From the NCBI GenBank assembly GCA_013152225.1, contig JAADGR010000313.1:1-39735 (forward strand): a DNA stretch of 39,735 nt, given 5' to 3'. The stretch comes from Calditrichota bacterium. GTDB lineage: Bacteria > Zhuqueibacterota > Zhuqueibacteria > Residuimicrobiales > Krinioviventaceae. Shown piece by piece: positions 12,699 to 23,426 of this stretch. Within the stretch, counting starts at the first letter, position 1. Every line of letters starts with the position of its first letter. Made by a program: the position numbers and the translations under genes. The notes beneath the pieces are model-generated. The model saw only the letters and a list, made by a program, of their open reading frames with translations. It did not search any database and was not told where the DNA came from.

Positions 12699-12907
12699 AC
12701 CGGTCTTGCAGTCCAACTCCATTTTGCAGTAAGCACGATGGAAAGTAGTTGTTAAGACTTGGTGCAAGTTTACGACTGAAAATATTCCTTTCCTTGTTAA
12801 CCACATACTTTGAGGAGCATTTCGGTCGCGGGTTGCGCTACGGTCACTGCTGGGCGCGCATGCGAAATGAAAAGCCCTGAAACGGGCAAAGCGAAAAGTA
12901 AGTGGTT
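12699..12907 (+). ncRNA. Candidate structured cis-regulatory RNA upstream of fusA (family not recognised)
   Basis: Several nested complementary segments found by eye (see findings); the 240-nt gap is much longer than any other spacer in the superoperon. Confidence 0.5.
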
Positions 12908-12912
12908 TTTTT

Positions 12913-14997
12913 ATGTCCAATTCAAAATCATTAGAAAACGTCAGAAATATCGGCATTATGGCGCATATCGATGCCGGTAAGACGACCACCACGGAGAGAA
13001 TTCTTTTCTATACGGGAAGGGTTCACCGGATCGGTGAGGTCGATGATGGCGCTGCGACAATGGATTGGATGCAGCAGGAGAAAGAAAGAGGTATTACCAT
13101 TACTTCCGCTGCTATTTCGTGTCAGTGGAAGAAATATAAAATTAATATAATTGATACACCCGGTCATGTCGATTTTACGGCAGAGGTCGAAAGGTCGCTG
13201 CGGGTGTTGGATGGAGCTGTTGCAATTTTTTGCGCAGTCAGCGGTGTTGAGCCGCAGTCAGAGACCGTCTGGCGACAGGCTAACAAGTATAAAGTTCCGC
13301 GTATTGCTTTTATTAACAAGTTGGATCGCGTTGGCGCAGATTTTTATCGTGCGGTACAAATGATACGTGATCGACTTGGGGCAATTCCGATTCCCATCGA
13401 GTTGCCAATGGGACAGGGTGATGACCTTGCAGGGATCATCGATCTCATTAGAATGAAGGCCATTGTTTATGACGAAGAAAAACTTGGTGCGGAATGGCAG
13501 GAGCTTGATATACCTGACGAGTTTCAAGAGCAAGCACAGAAATATCGTGCAGAATTGCTTGAGGCGCTTTCTGATTATGATGATAATATATTAGAAAACT
13601 TTCTGGCCGGGAAAGAAGTAGCAGAGCGAGATATTCACCTTGCATTGAGAAAAGCAACTTTGGACGTTGAACTTGTTCCTGTCTTGTGTGGTGCTGCTGT
13701 TAAGAATAAAGGTGTTCAGGCGTTGTTGGATGCGATTACTCGCTATTTACCCAGTCCGCTCGATATGCCTGACGTTGAGGGATATAATCCCTATACCGAT
13801 AAAGCAGAATCGCGTCCGCCTTCAACCGAGGCTCCTTTTACGGCCCTGGCATTCAAGGTTATGACTGATCCCTATGTTGGGAAATTGACATATATTAGAG
13901 TTTATTCAGGTGAAATTGAGGCGGGTAAAACAGCGCTCAATTCGACATCTGGAAAGAAAGAAAGGATCAGCAGAATCCTTCGCATGTCTTCGAATAAAAA
14001 AGAAGATATTAATAAAATGACTGCCGGCGATATAGTTGCCCTTGTGGGATTGAGATCGACTCGCACTGGCGATACGCTTTGCGATCCCAAGCATGTTATT
14101 TCGCTTGAGAAAATGCAATTTCCCATACCTGTGATCTCTATAGCCATTGAGCCGAAATCAAAGGCGGATGAAGAGCGGCTTGTAAATTCCCTCGGTTTGT
14201 TGTCTGATGAAGACCCTACATTTCAATTCAAGGTTGACGAAGAAACGGGCCAGATGATTATTTCCGGGATGGGCGAACTACACCTCGATATTCTTGTTGA
14301 CAGGCTTTTGCGGGAGTTTAAGGTACAGGCAAATGTTGGGCGACCGCAGGTTGCTTATCGTGAAACAATTACCGAAAAGGTCTTGAGTGAGATCAAGTTC
14401 ATAAAACAGACCGGCGGTAAAGGTCAGTATGCTCACATTGTTGTCGAGTTTGAGCCATCTGAATCCGAAGATATTTTTGAGTTTGAAGATAAAACAGTCG
14501 GCGGCACCATTCCGAAAGGATTTATAAGGCCGATTTCGCAGGGGATTAAAGAATCCATGGTTAGCGGCGCTATTGCCGGTTATCCGGTCATTGGAGTTAA
14601 AGCGACACTGCTGGATGGCTCGTTCCATCGTGAAGATTCCTCGGAACTGTCTTTTAAAATTGCCGGTTCGATGGCTTTGCAGGATGCCATGAGAAGAGGG
14701 TCGCCAATCCTGATGGAGCCAATGATGGCTTTGGAAGTCATAACTCCTGAGGATTATTTTGGCACCGTTCTCAGTGATCTTGCCACTCGACGGGCGAGAA
14801 TTGAAGGCCACGAAAAGAGAGTTGATTCCCAGGTAATTAAAGCAATCGTGCCATTAGCGGAAATGTTTGGCTATGCAACAGCATTAAGGAATATGAGCCA
14901 GGGGCGCGCTGTTTTTACCATGCAGTTTTACAAGTATGAAAATGTTGACAAAGATATTGCCAAAAAACTTTTAGAAAAAATGGGTTTGGCAGCTTGA
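12913..14997 (+). CDS. fusA: Elongation factor G (divergent)
   Basis: [33 protein letters not shown]; 694 aa; str-operon position. Confidence 0.96.
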   Translation: MSNSKSLENVRNIGIMAHIDAGKTTTTERILFYTGRVHRIGEVDDGAATMDWMQQEKERGITITSAAISCQWKKYKINIIDTPGHVDFTAEVERSLRVLDGAVAIFCAVSGVEPQSETVWRQANKYKVPRIAFINKLDRVGADFYRAVQMIRDRLGAIPIPIELPMGQGDDLAGIIDLIRMKAIVYDEEKLGAEWQELDIPDEFQEQAQKYRAELLEALSDYDDNILENFLAGKEVAERDIHLALRKATLDVELVPVLCGAAVKNKGVQALLDAITRYLPSPLDMPDVEGYNPYTDKAESRPPSTEAPFTALAFKVMTDPYVGKLTYIRVYSGEIEAGKTALNSTSGKKERISRILRMSSNKKEDINKMTAGDIVALVGLRSTRTGDTLCDPKHVISLEKMQFPIPVISIAIEPKSKADEERLVNSLGLLSDEDPTFQFKVDEETGQMIISGMGELHLDILVDRLLREFKVQANVGRPQVAYRETITEKVLSEIKFIKQTGGKGQYAHIVVEFEPSESEDIFEFEDKTVGGTIPKGFIRPISQGIKESMVSGAIAGYPVIGVKATLLDGSFHREDSSELSFKIAGSMALQDAMRRGSPILMEPMMALEVITPEDYFGTVLSDLATRRARIEGHEKRVDSQVIKAIVPLAEMFGYATALRNMSQGRAVFTMQFYKYENVDKDIAKKLLEKMGLAA

Positions 14998-15039
14998 GAC
15001 AGAATTTGAAATTAATAGATGAATATTAGGAGATAAGTT

Positions 15040-16242
15040 ATGGCAAAGGAAAAATTTGATCGTTCAAAGCCCCATGTCAACATTGGGACGATAGGTCACG
15101 TTGATCATGGCAAGACGACGTTAACTGCTGCGATAACGATGTACCTGGCCAACAAGGGTCAGGCAAGCATCAAAAAGTACGATGAGATCGACAATGCTCC
15201 GGAAGAGAAGGCTCGCGGAATTACGATCAATACGGCTCACGTGGAGTATGAGACAGACCAGCGTCATTATGCACATGTGGATTGTCCTGGTCACGCGGAT
15301 TATATCAAGAATATGATCACCGGTGCAGCGCAGATGGATGGAGCTGTTTTGGTTGTTTCGGCGGCTGATGGTCCGATGCCGCAGACACGTGAGCACATCC
15401 TGCTTGCGCGTCAGGTGAATGTACCTTCGATCGTGGTATTTTTGAACAAGACGGATCAGGTTGACGATCCGGAGTTGTTGGAACTGGTCGAGTTGGAAGT
15501 ACGCGAATTGTTAAGCGCGTATGACTTTCCCGGTGACGAGATACCGATTATCAGTGGCAGTGCCTTACGAGCGATGGAAAAAGGTGTAGCCGGCGATTTT
15601 ACCGGAGAAGAGTGGAAGCCGGTTCAGGATTTATTGGATGCAATAGATTCATACATTCCGACACCTGAGCGAGATAAAGACAAGCCCTTCCTGATGCCTG
15701 TTGAGGATGTTTTTTCGATCACGGGTCGAGGAACGGTTGGCACAGGTCGAATCGAGCGTGGTATCATTCATGTTGGTGATGAAGTAGAGATTATTGGTCT
15801 TGGTACGCATCGCAAGTCGGTGTGTACGGGTGTTGAAATGTTTCGCAAGTTATTGGACGAGGGTCAGGCCGGAGACAACGCAGGATTGCTTTTGCGCGGA
15901 GTTGACAAGGACGAGTTGGAGCGTGGTCAGGTTGTTGCGAAGCCGGGTTCGATCACTCCGCACACCAAGTTCAAAGGAGAAGTTTACGTATTGAGCAAAG
16001 AAGAAGGTGGTCGCCACACGCCGTTTTTCAATGGATATCGTCCTCAGTTTTATTTTCGCACAACGGATGTAACGGGTTCGATCAAGCTTCCTGACGGTGT
16101 TGAGATGGTCATGCCTGGTGATAACATAACGATGGAATGTGAATTGATTACAGATATCGCCATGGAAGAAGGTTTGCGGTTTGCAATACGTGAAGGCGGG
16201 CGCACGGTTGGCGCCGGTGTAGTTACTGAAATTATCGAATAA
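15040..16242 (+). CDS. tuf: Elongation factor Tu, copy 2
   Basis: [29 protein letters not shown]. Confidence 0.99.
   Translation: MAKEKFDRSKPHVNIGTIGHVDHGKTTLTAAITMYLANKGQASIKKYDEIDNAPEEKARGITINTAHVEYETDQRHYAHVDCPGHADYIKNMITGAAQMDGAVLVVSAADGPMPQTREHILLARQVNVPSIVVFLNKTDQVDDPELLELVELEVRELLSAYDFPGDEIPIISGSALRAMEKGVAGDFTGEEWKPVQDLLDAIDSYIPTPERDKDKPFLMPVEDVFSITGRGTVGTGRIERGIIHVGDEVEIIGLGTHRKSVCTGVEMFRKLLDEGQAGDNAGLLLRGVDKDELERGQVVAKPGSITPHTKFKGEVYVLSKEEGGRHTPFFNGYRPQFYFRTTDVTGSIKLPDGVEMVMPGDNITMECELITDIAMEEGLRFAIREGGRTVGAGVVTEIIE
16060..16242 (+). repeat. Direct repeat of bases 1-183 (duplicated tuf)
   Basis: 179 of 183 nt identical by manual comparison; 4 synonymous differences at window positions 15, 51, 120 and 129. 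Confidence 0.95.
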
Positions 16243-16285
16243 ATAGAAAAGTTGTTGTCATTGCTATATATTTTGGAGTTAGTAA

Positions 16286-16594
16286 ATGGCGGGTCAAAAA
16301 ATCCGAATCAAGTTAAAAGCTTACGATCATAGGCTGATTGACAAGTCCACAGAAAAGATCATAAATACTGCAAAACAAACGGGTGCCATGATTTCAGGCC
16401 CGATTCCTTTGCCAACGCGACGCAGTGTTTATACTGTATTACGTTCTCCTCACGTTGATAAAAAGTCTCGTGAGCAGTTTGAGACGCGTATTCACAAAAG
16501 GTTGGTGGATATTCACAACTCTTCACCAAAGACGGTAGACGCTCTGATGAAACTAGAGTTGCCCGCGGGTGTCGATGTTGAAATCAAGGTATGA
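16286..16594 (+). CDS. rpsJ: 30S ribosomal protein S10
   Basis: [32 protein letters not shown]. Confidence 0.99.
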   Translation: MAGQKIRIKLKAYDHRLIDKSTEKIINTAKQTGAMISGPIPLPTRRSVYTVLRSPHVDKKSREQFETRIHKRLVDIHNSSPKTVDALMKLELPAGVDVEIKV

Positions 16595-16659
16595 TGGGTT
16601 AGTGGTTTGATTTGTCGTTAATAATAGACTCGAATTAATAAAGTTAAAATTCATTTGGT

Positions 16660-17286
16660 ATGGAAATGCTTTCAATACTTGGAAAAAAAGTTGGCATGAC
16701 CCGAATCTTTGACGAGGCCGGAAATGCTTTTGCAGGCACAGTGATAGAGGCGGGACCATGTTTTGTTACCCAGATCAAGACCGAAGAGACAGATGGCTAT
16801 GATGCTATTCAGGTTGGGTTTGCGGATAAAAAAGAAAAACATACGACCAAGCCTTTGCTTGGACACTTGAAAAAAGCCGGTACAAAACCGTTTCGGGTTC
16901 TCAAAGAATTTCGGGGTTTTGATAAGGGTGAAGATGTTAAACTCGGTGACGAGATTAAGGTTGATATTTTCACTATTGGCGATCGTGTGTCTGTGACAGG
17001 AGTGAGCAAAGGTAAAGGATTCGCGGGTGTTGTACGGCGTCACAATTTTGGTGGCGGGCCAAAAACCCATGGTCAAAGCGACAGACTGCGTGCCCCTGGC
17101 TCTATTGGTCAAAGTTCCAGCCCATCAAAGGTTATGAAGGGTATTCGAATGGGTGGCCGAATGGGCGGCGTGCAAAATACAGTGTCGCATTTACGAATAT
17201 TAAAGATTGATCCTGAAAACAACATAATGGTCGTAAAGGGAGCCATTCCGGGCGCCAATAACGGTATCGTTTTAATTAGAAAGTAA
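16660..17286 (+). CDS. rplC: 50S ribosomal protein L3 (start 16660 or 16666)
   Basis: GKKVGMT, SKGKGFAG, RAPGSIG. Confidence 0.99.
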   Translation: MEMLSILGKKVGMTRIFDEAGNAFAGTVIEAGPCFVTQIKTEETDGYDAIQVGFADKKEKHTTKPLLGHLKKAGTKPFRVLKEFRGFDKGEDVKLGDEIKVDIFTIGDRVSVTGVSKGKGFAGVVRRHNFGGGPKTHGQSDRLRAPGSIGQSSSPSKVMKGIRMGGRMGGVQNTVSHLRILKIDPENNIMVVKGAIPGANNGIVLIRK

Positions 17287-17292
17287 TGGGAT

Positions 17293-17922
17293 ATGGAGCT
17301 AGATATCTATACAAAAAATGGGGATCTTGCTGGTCGCAAATTAGAGGTTTCCGATAAAGTTTTTGCTGCTGAGCCGAATGAGCATACGGTTTATCTGGCT
17401 GTCCAGGCGCAAAGAACAAATTCGCGACAGGGAACGGCTGCGACGAAAACAAGAAGTATGGTTTCAGGAGGCGGGAGAAAACCGTGGAAGCAGAAAGGGC
17501 GCGGTACGGCACGTGCTGGTACGATCAGGTCTCCTATTTGGAAAAGTGGTGGTACGGCTCATGGTCCTCAGCCACACCCGTATTTGTATAAATTGCCACA
17601 AAAGGTGAAAAAATTAGCAAGGATTTCAGTCCTTTCAGCAAAAACCCGTGATGAGCAGATGAAGGTGCTGGAAGATTTTACTTTGACTGAGGTGAAAACC
17701 AAAGAAGTCTTTTCTCTGCTTAAAGGATTTGGTCTGACGGCATCGAAAACGCTTTTATTGGTCAATGAGTATGATTCTGCTATTTTATTGGCAAGTCGCA
17801 ATATTAAAAACCTTAAAGTCGCGATGGCCGTAGATGCATCTACTTATGATTTGTTAGATTGTAAGGCATTGCTTATCACAGAGAGTGCCATGAAAAAGTT
17901 GGAAGGTATTCTATCATCATGA
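17293..17922 (+). CDS. rplD: 50S ribosomal protein L4
   Basis: RQGTAATKTR, KPWKQKGRGTARAG. Confidence 0.98.
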   Translation: MELDIYTKNGDLAGRKLEVSDKVFAAEPNEHTVYLAVQAQRTNSRQGTAATKTRSMVSGGGRKPWKQKGRGTARAGTIRSPIWKSGGTAHGPQPHPYLYKLPQKVKKLARISVLSAKTRDEQMKVLEDFTLTEVKTKEVFSLLKGFGLTASKTLLLVNEYDSAILLASRNIKNLKVAMAVDASTYDLLDCKALLITESAMKKLEGILSS

Positions 17923-18227
17923 AAAAAAAGCAGGAAATTCTTGTTCGCCCAATTCTAACAGAAAAGATGCTGAGAATGCAGGATGATTTGGGCAAGTATG
18001 CTTTTGTAGTGAACAAATCTGCGAACAAAATAGAGATAAAGAAAGCAATTGAAAAAAAGTTCGATGTAACAGTGGATTCGGTCAGGACAATCAATGTTAT
18101 TGGAAAATCCAAGCAGATGAATACGCAAAGAGGGATTACCACCGGAAAGCGATCTGACTGGAAGAAAGCTATTGTAACATTGAGAAGCGGCGATGAGATC
18201 GATTTCTTTGAAGGCTCAAAAGGTTGA
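17919..18227 (+). CDS. rplW: 50S ribosomal protein L23
   Basis: RPILTEK, ANKIEIKKAIE, WKKAIVTL; ATGA overlap with rplD. Confidence 0.98.
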   Translation: MKKKQEILVRPILTEKMLRMQDDLGKYAFVVNKSANKIEIKKAIEKKFDVTVDSVRTINVIGKSKQMNTQRGITTGKRSDWKKAIVTLRSGDEIDFFEGSKG

Positions 18228-18253
18228 GAGCCGAGTTCGAGGAGAATAACTAG

Positions 18254-19075
18254 ATGGCTTTAAAAAATTTCAAACCGATTACCCCTGGTCAGCGCTATAA
18301 AAGTGTCAATTCTTTTGCAGAGATTACCAGCACTGAACCTGAACGTTCATTGCTGGCGCCACTTAAAAAATCCGGCGGAAGAAACAATGTTGGCCGTGTT
18401 ACAGCCAGAAGAAGGGGCGGCGGTCATAAGAGGAATTATCGTATAATTGATTTTCGGCGGGATAAATTTGAAATTCCTGCAAAAGTAGCATCCATTCAAT
18501 ATGATCCGAACAGAAGTGCATTTATTGCCCTTCTCAATTATACAGATGGAGAAAAACGATATATCCTTGCACCGATTGGGTTGGAGGTTGGAGATACGGT
18601 TCTATCCGGAGAAGCTCCGGAGATCAGAACCGGAAACTCGATGCCTTTGGCCAAGATTCCTCTGGGCACAACAATTCATAACCTTGAAATGAAAGTCGGT
18701 AAAGGCGGTCAAATTGCGCGCGGAGCCGGTACTTATGCTCAACTCGTCGCAAAGGAAGGCGAGTACGCACAGGTAAAATTACCGTCCGGTGAAGTTCGGA
18801 TGGTACGGCTGGGTTGTCGTGCAACCATTGGTCAGGTTGGCAATACAGATCACGAGAATATAACTCTTGGCAAAGCAGGGCGAAGCCGTTGGCTTGGAAG
18901 GCGCTCCAAAGTCAGAGGTGTTGCCATGAACCCCGTCGATCATCCCATGGGCGGAGGCGAGGGAAAAAGTTCAGGTGGGCGTCACCCGTGTACACCATGG
19001 GGTAAACCAACAAAAGGTTACAAGACGCGCAAGGCAAAACCTTCTGATTCTTTTATCATTAAACGAAGAAAATAG
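18254..19075 (+). CDS. rplB: 50S ribosomal protein L2
   Basis: [32 protein letters not shown]. Confidence 0.99.
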   Translation: MALKNFKPITPGQRYKSVNSFAEITSTEPERSLLAPLKKSGGRNNVGRVTARRRGGGHKRNYRIIDFRRDKFEIPAKVASIQYDPNRSAFIALLNYTDGEKRYILAPIGLEVGDTVLSGEAPEIRTGNSMPLAKIPLGTTIHNLEMKVGKGGQIARGAGTYAQLVAKEGEYAQVKLPSGEVRMVRLGCRATIGQVGNTDHENITLGKAGRSRWLGRRSKVRGVAMNPVDHPMGGGEGKSSGGRHPCTPWGKPTKGYKTRKAKPSDSFIIKRRK

Positions 19076-19089
19076 CGAGATTACTATCG

Positions 19090-19371
19090 ATGGCAAGATC
19101 AATTAAAAAGGGTCCGTATATTGAGGAGAAGCTCCTGGCTAAAATAGAAGAGCTTAATAACTCAAACCAAAAAAGAGTAATTAAAACATGGGCGCGCCGA
19201 TCCACAATTCCACCGGAATTTGTCGGACATACGTTGGCCATTCATAACGGGAACAAGTTTATCCCGGTATTCGTCTCTGAGAATATGGTTGGTCATAAAT
19301 TGGGAGAGTTTGCCCATACTCGAACTTATCGAGGCCATGTAAATAGAAAAGCCGAAAAGTCCAGACATTAA
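19090..19371 (+). CDS. rpsS: 30S ribosomal protein S19
   Basis: [25 protein letters not shown]. Confidence 0.99.
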   Translation: MARSIKKGPYIEEKLLAKIEELNNSNQKRVIKTWARRSTIPPEFVGHTLAIHNGNKFIPVFVSENMVGHKLGEFAHTRTYRGHVNRKAEKSRH

Positions 19372-19393
19372 CAAAAGATTCGGAGTAATTCAA

Positions 19394-19741
19394 ATGGAAG
19401 CCAGGGCGATAGCTAAATGGATTCGCATGTCACCCTATAAAGTTCGCAGGGTCGCGAAAATGGTTCGTGATATGGATGTGAATAGTGCCATAAATGCGTT
19501 ACATTACAGTGCCACAAGCGCATCGGAGCCTTTGGAAAAAGTTCTCCGATCCGCGGTGGCCAATATGCTTAACAATGAAGAAGCATCAAAATTGTCGCCG
19601 GAAGATTTGTATATCAAAGAATTGAAAATTGATGGTGCTTTTTCTTTAAAGCGATTCCGTGCCGCTTCAATGGGGAGGGCTGCAAGGATAATAAAACGAA
19701 CTTGTCATATTTCGGTTGTTGTGGCCGACAGGAAAAACTAA
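19394..19741 (+). CDS. rplV: 50S ribosomal protein L22
   Basis: RMSPYKVRRV, SAVAN, KRTCHISVVV. Confidence 0.98.
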   Translation: MEARAIAKWIRMSPYKVRRVAKMVRDMDVNSAINALHYSATSASEPLEKVLRSAVANMLNNEEASKLSPEDLYIKELKIDGAFSLKRFRAASMGRAARIIKRTCHISVVVADRKN

Positions 19742-19766
19742 CGTGTTTTTATTGTAGGAGATAGGT

Positions 19767-20405
19767 TTGGGACAAAAAACAAATCCTATAGGTTTCAGGC
19801 TTGGTGTTATCAGGAGCTGGGATTCGAAATGGTTCGATGAAAAGAATTTCGATAAAAAGTTAAAAGAAGATTTAATGCTGCGGAAATATATTCGTAACAG
19901 ATTACAGCGTGCGAGTATTTCCAGAATCGAAATCGAAAGAACGCCCAAGAAAATCACCCTCACGATTCATACAGCAAGGCCCGGCATTGTTATTGGCCGA
20001 AAAGGCAGTGAGGTGGACAAGCTGCGCGAAGAGTTGCAGAGGGTAACATCGAAAGATATTCAACTGAATATTAATGAGATTAAACGGCCGGAACTGGATG
20101 CCTTTCTTGTGGCTGAGAACATTGCCAGTCAATTGGCCGGAAAAGTTTCTTTTCGTCGTGCAATGAAAAAAGCGATCATGTCCGCAATGAGAATGGGAGC
20201 AGAGGGAATTCGTATCAGTTGCGCAGGAAGACTTGGCGGGGCTGAAATGGCTCGACGTGAGCAATACAAAGAAGGCCGCATTCCTTTGCATACATTAAGG
20301 GCTGACATCGACTACGCCACTGCCATCTCCAAAACAACTTATGGGACGATAGGTGTTAAGGTATGGATTTGCCGTGGCGAAGTTATCGGTGATCAAATGA
20401 TTTAA
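19767..20405 (+). CDS. rpsC: 30S ribosomal protein S3 (TTG start)
   Basis: [36 protein letters not shown]. Confidence 0.99.
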   Translation: MGQKTNPIGFRLGVIRSWDSKWFDEKNFDKKLKEDLMLRKYIRNRLQRASISRIEIERTPKKITLTIHTARPGIVIGRKGSEVDKLREELQRVTSKDIQLNINEIKRPELDAFLVAENIASQLAGKVSFRRAMKKAIMSAMRMGAEGIRISCAGRLGGAEMARREQYKEGRIPLHTLRADIDYATAISKTTYGTIGVKVWICRGEVIGDQMI

Positions 20406-20429
20406 AGATATTTGTGGAGATTGTAGTTT

Positions 20430-20849
20430 ATGTTAATGCCAAAAAGAGTGAAATATAGAAAACAGCAACGTGGCCGTATGACCGGGAAAGCGGTTCGTGG
20501 ATCGCGTTTGGCTTTTGGTCAATTTGGATTGAAAGCCTTGGATCCTCATTGGATTACTGCCAGACAGATAGAAGCTGCGCGTGTTGCCATGACTCGATAT
20601 GTCAAGAGAACCGGTAAAGTCTGGATTCGTATTTTTCCTGACAAGCCATGCACCAAAAAGCCTGCTGAAACCAGAATGGGAAAAGGCAAGGGCGCTCCGG
20701 AATATTGGGTTGCCGTTGTAAAACCCGGAAGAATTATTTTCGAGCTTGACGGTGTGTCTGAAAGTATCGCAAAAGAGGCATTGCGGCTGGCCGCACATAA
20801 ACTCCCTTTAAAGACAAAGTTTGTGACCACCTCGGATTTCGGAGAATAA
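20430..20849 (+). CDS. rplP: 50S ribosomal protein L16
   Basis: [24 protein letters not shown]. Confidence 0.99.
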   Translation: MLMPKRVKYRKQQRGRMTGKAVRGSRLAFGQFGLKALDPHWITARQIEAARVAMTRYVKRTGKVWIRIFPDKPCTKKPAETRMGKGKGAPEYWVAVVKPGRIIFELDGVSESIAKEALRLAAHKLPLKTKFVTTSDFGE

Positions 20850-20853
20850 TAGC

Positions 20854-21054
20854 ATGAAGATGGATGACATAAAACAACTGTCTCTGGATGAGTTGGAAGT
20901 ACGACTCGAGGATGCTGAGGAAGAATTTGAAAATCTTCGTATTCAGCATTCAACTCACCAGCTTGACAACCCGCTTCGAATACGAATGGTAAGGCGTGAT
21001 ATTGCAAGGCTAAAGACCGTGATCCATGAATATGAATCCGGCGTGAGAAGTTGA
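20854..21054 (+). CDS. rpmC: 50S ribosomal protein L29
   Basis: [20 protein letters not shown]; synteny. Confidence 0.97.
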   Translation: MKMDDIKQLSLDELEVRLEDAEEEFENLRIQHSTHQLDNPLRIRMVRRDIARLKTVIHEYESGVRS

Positions 21055-21101
21055 CTGAGCCATTCAAGTAATAATAATTTTGGGATTTTGGAGAATTCAT
21101 A

Positions 21102-21356
21102 GTGGAACGAGCACATAGAAAAGTTAAGGTTGGCGTTGTCTCAAGCGACAAGATGGATAAGAGTCGCGTTATTCAGGTGCAACGAAATATCAAACATCCA
21201 CTTTACAAAAAGTATGTGAGAAAAACGACAAAATTCATGGCTCATGATGAAAATAATGACAGCCATGTAGGTGATGTTGTGAAGATCATGGAAACGAGAC
21301 CCTTGAGCAAAAGTAAACGGTGGCGCTTGATCGAAATACTAGAGAGAGCCAAATAA
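21102..21356 (+). CDS. rpsQ: 30S ribosomal protein S17 (GTG start)
   Basis: [27 protein letters not shown]. Confidence 0.98.
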   Translation: MERAHRKVKVGVVSSDKMDKSRVIQVQRNIKHPLYKKYVRKTTKFMAHDENNDSHVGDVVKIMETRPLSKSKRWRLIEILERAK

Positions 21357-21396
21357 CTTTACTATCTCTGCAATTGTGAAGTAGAAGGAATGAATA

Positions 21397-21765
21397 ATGA
21401 TCCAGGAATCTAGTCGGTTAAATGTAGCTGATAACACCGGTGCGAAAAAAGTGATGTGCATTCGTGTTCTTGGCGGGTCAAAAAGAAAATATGCATCTGT
21501 TGGAGATATTATAGTTGTCTCTGTTAAGCAGGCAATACCCAATAGCCCTGTAAAAAAGGGCGAGGTCAGCAAGGCAGTGGTCGTGCGTACAAAAAAAGAA
21601 AAACGGCGTAAGGATGGCTCCTACATTCGCTTTGATGAAAACGCAGCCGTTCTTATCAATGATGCGATGGAACCTAAAGGGACGCGTATCTTTGGTCCGG
21701 TGGCGCGTGAGTTACGTGAAAAACAATTCATGAAAATTGTATCTCTGGCACCCGAAGTTCTATAG
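21397..21765 (+). CDS. rplN: 50S ribosomal protein L14
   Basis: [30 protein letters not shown]. Confidence 0.99.
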   Translation: MIQESSRLNVADNTGAKKVMCIRVLGGSKRKYASVGDIIVVSVKQAIPNSPVKKGEVSKAVVVRTKKEKRRKDGSYIRFDENAAVLINDAMEPKGTRIFGPVARELREKQFMKIVSLAPEVL

Positions 21766-21803
21766 AAAATGTAAATTATTGGCCATAAAAGGCGAGCTTT
21801 CAA

Positions 21804-22139
21804 ATGCGTGTAAGAAGAAATGATCAAGTCCTGGTTTTAGCAGGAAATTATAAAGGAAAAAAAGGAAAGGTTCTTAAGGTCTTTCCTGAAGAGGATCGTG
21901 TTATTGTTGAAGGAGTGAATTTTATAAAGAAACATTCCAGACCTACGCAGCAAAATCCTCAAGGCGGTATTGTTGAAAAAGAGGCACCAATCCATGTTGC
22001 GAACATCATGGTTATCTGTCCAAAGTGCAATACGCCGAGCCGAATGGGTACTGTGGTTGTTTTCGATGAAGCACAACAGCGAAAAAACCGGGTACGCATT
22101 TGCAAAAGATGTGGTGAAATGCTGGTTTCTTCAAATTAA
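21804..22139 (+). CDS. rplX: 50S ribosomal protein L24 with C-terminal CxxC pairs
   Basis: KOW-like [26 protein letters not shown]; CPKC and CKRC. Confidence 0.98.
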   Translation: MRVRRNDQVLVLAGNYKGKKGKVLKVFPEEDRVIVEGVNFIKKHSRPTQQNPQGGIVEKEAPIHVANIMVICPKCNTPSRMGTVVVFDEAQQRKNRVRICKRCGEMLVSSN

Positions 22140-22155
22140 TGTTGGATTTTAAAAA

Positions 22156-22722
22156 ATGGCTACCAAAGAAAAAAAGTACGTACCGGATTTTCTAAAACTA
22201 TATAAAGACGAAATAGTATCGCACATGCACAAAAAGTTTAATTATAAAAATGTGATGCAGGTACCTCGTCTTGAGAAAATAGTTGTGAATATGGGGGTTG
22301 GAGATGGAACGGAAAGCTCGAAGCATGTCGAAGCGGCTGCCGAGGAGCTTGCGAAAATAACTGGTCAAAAGCCGGTTATTCGCAGGGCAAAGAAAGCTAT
22401 CTCTAATTTTAAGTTGAGAGCAGGCATGCCAATTGGTTGTAGCGTTAATTTGCGCAAGTACATGATGTATGAGTTCTTGCAGCGCCTGGTTAGCATTGCG
22501 GTTCCGCGGGTACGCGATTTTCGCGGCTTGCCGATTAAATTTGATGGCAGAGGAAATTACAATATGTCTATCAAAGAGCAAATTGTGTTTCCTGAAATCG
22601 ACTATGATAAAATTGAAAAAATCCGCGGTTTCAATATTACAATTGTGACAACCGCGAAAACTGATGAAGAGGCGTACGAGTTGCTAAAAGAATTCGGAAT
22701 GCCGTTTATCAAGAGATCTTAA
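22156..22722 (+). CDS. rplE: 50S ribosomal protein L5
   Basis: [34 protein letters not shown]. Confidence 0.99.
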   Translation: MATKEKKYVPDFLKLYKDEIVSHMHKKFNYKNVMQVPRLEKIVVNMGVGDGTESSKHVEAAAEELAKITGQKPVIRRAKKAISNFKLRAGMPIGCSVNLRKYMMYEFLQRLVSIAVPRVRDFRGLPIKFDGRGNYNMSIKEQIVFPEIDYDKIEKIRGFNITIVTTAKTDEEAYELLKEFGMPFIKRS

Positions 22723-22755
22723 TCATTTTATTTCACAAATTCGCAAGGAGTTGTG

Positions 22756-22941
22756 TTGGCTAAAAAAGCTTTAATCGTAAAAGCACAAAAAGAATCCAAA
22801 TTTAAGGTAAGGAAGTACAACCGCTGTTCCCGCTGTGGGCGCCCAAGAGCATACTATAGAAAATTTGGAGTTTGTCGACTCTGTTTTCGTGAACTTGCTT
22901 TGGAAGGTAAAATACCTGGCGTTACCAAAGCAAGCTGGTAG
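22756..22941 (+). CDS. rpsN: 30S ribosomal protein S14, zinc-binding type Z (TTG at 22756; GTG at 22753 possible)
   Basis: [10 protein letters not shown]...[17 protein letters not shown]. Confidence 0.98.
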   Translation: MAKKALIVKAQKESKFKVRKYNRCSRCGRPRAYYRKFGVCRLCFRELALEGKIPGVTKASW

Positions 22942-23007
22942 CTCGATTTATATGAGATTTTGTTTAATTAGTTTCAGCCGAATATTGGGTTGTTAGGGAG
23001 AAATTAC

Positions 23008-23406
23008 ATGTCAAACACTGATCCCATCGCAGATTATCTGACAAGAATCAGAAATGCGAGCAGGGCAAAACATCGCAAAGTAGATATTCCGTCTTCAAAT
23101 TTGAAAAAACAAATGACAAAGATATTGCAGGAAGAGGCATATATCAAAAGCCATGTTTTTATTGATGATGGAAAACAAGGCGTCATTCGAATCTACTTGA
23201 AATACGATGAGAATAATACAAGTGTGATTACCGGATTACAACGTATAAGCAAACCGGGATTTCGTCGTTATGTTAATCAAAAAACAATACCGAGGGTTTT
23301 TAACAACCTTGGCGTTTCGATACTAACGACATCCAAAGGCGTAATGACTGGTCAGGAAGCTCGACGAGCCGGTGTTGGAGGAGAAATCCTTTGCTATATC
23401 TGGTAA
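23008..23406 (+). CDS. rpsH: 30S ribosomal protein S8 (ATG at 23008)
   Basis: DPIADYLTRIRNA, RISKPG, GGEILCYIW; SD AGGGAG. Confidence 0.99.
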   Translation: MSNTDPIADYLTRIRNASRAKHRKVDIPSSNLKKQMTKILQEEAYIKSHVFIDDGKQGVIRIYLKYDENNTSVITGLQRISKPGFRRYVNQKTIPRVFNNLGVSILTTSKGVMTGQEARRAGVGGEILCYIW

Positions 23407-23426
23407 ACTTAAACTAGGAGAACGTT

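Noticed and set aside
12799-12907. Hammerhead ribozyme, known riboswitch, SRP or 6S identity for the structured RNA
   Set aside because: Lacks the CUGAnGA hammerhead core, the SRP GGAA-loop domain, and TPP/SAM/glycine/c-di-GMP consensus blocks. The branched shape is unlike 6S. An Rfam scan is still needed.
12678-12992. 104-aa minus-strand ORF across the rpsG-fusA gap
   Set aside because: Overlaps fusA antisense inside a highly transcribed operon and has no motif. RNA structure explains the region better.
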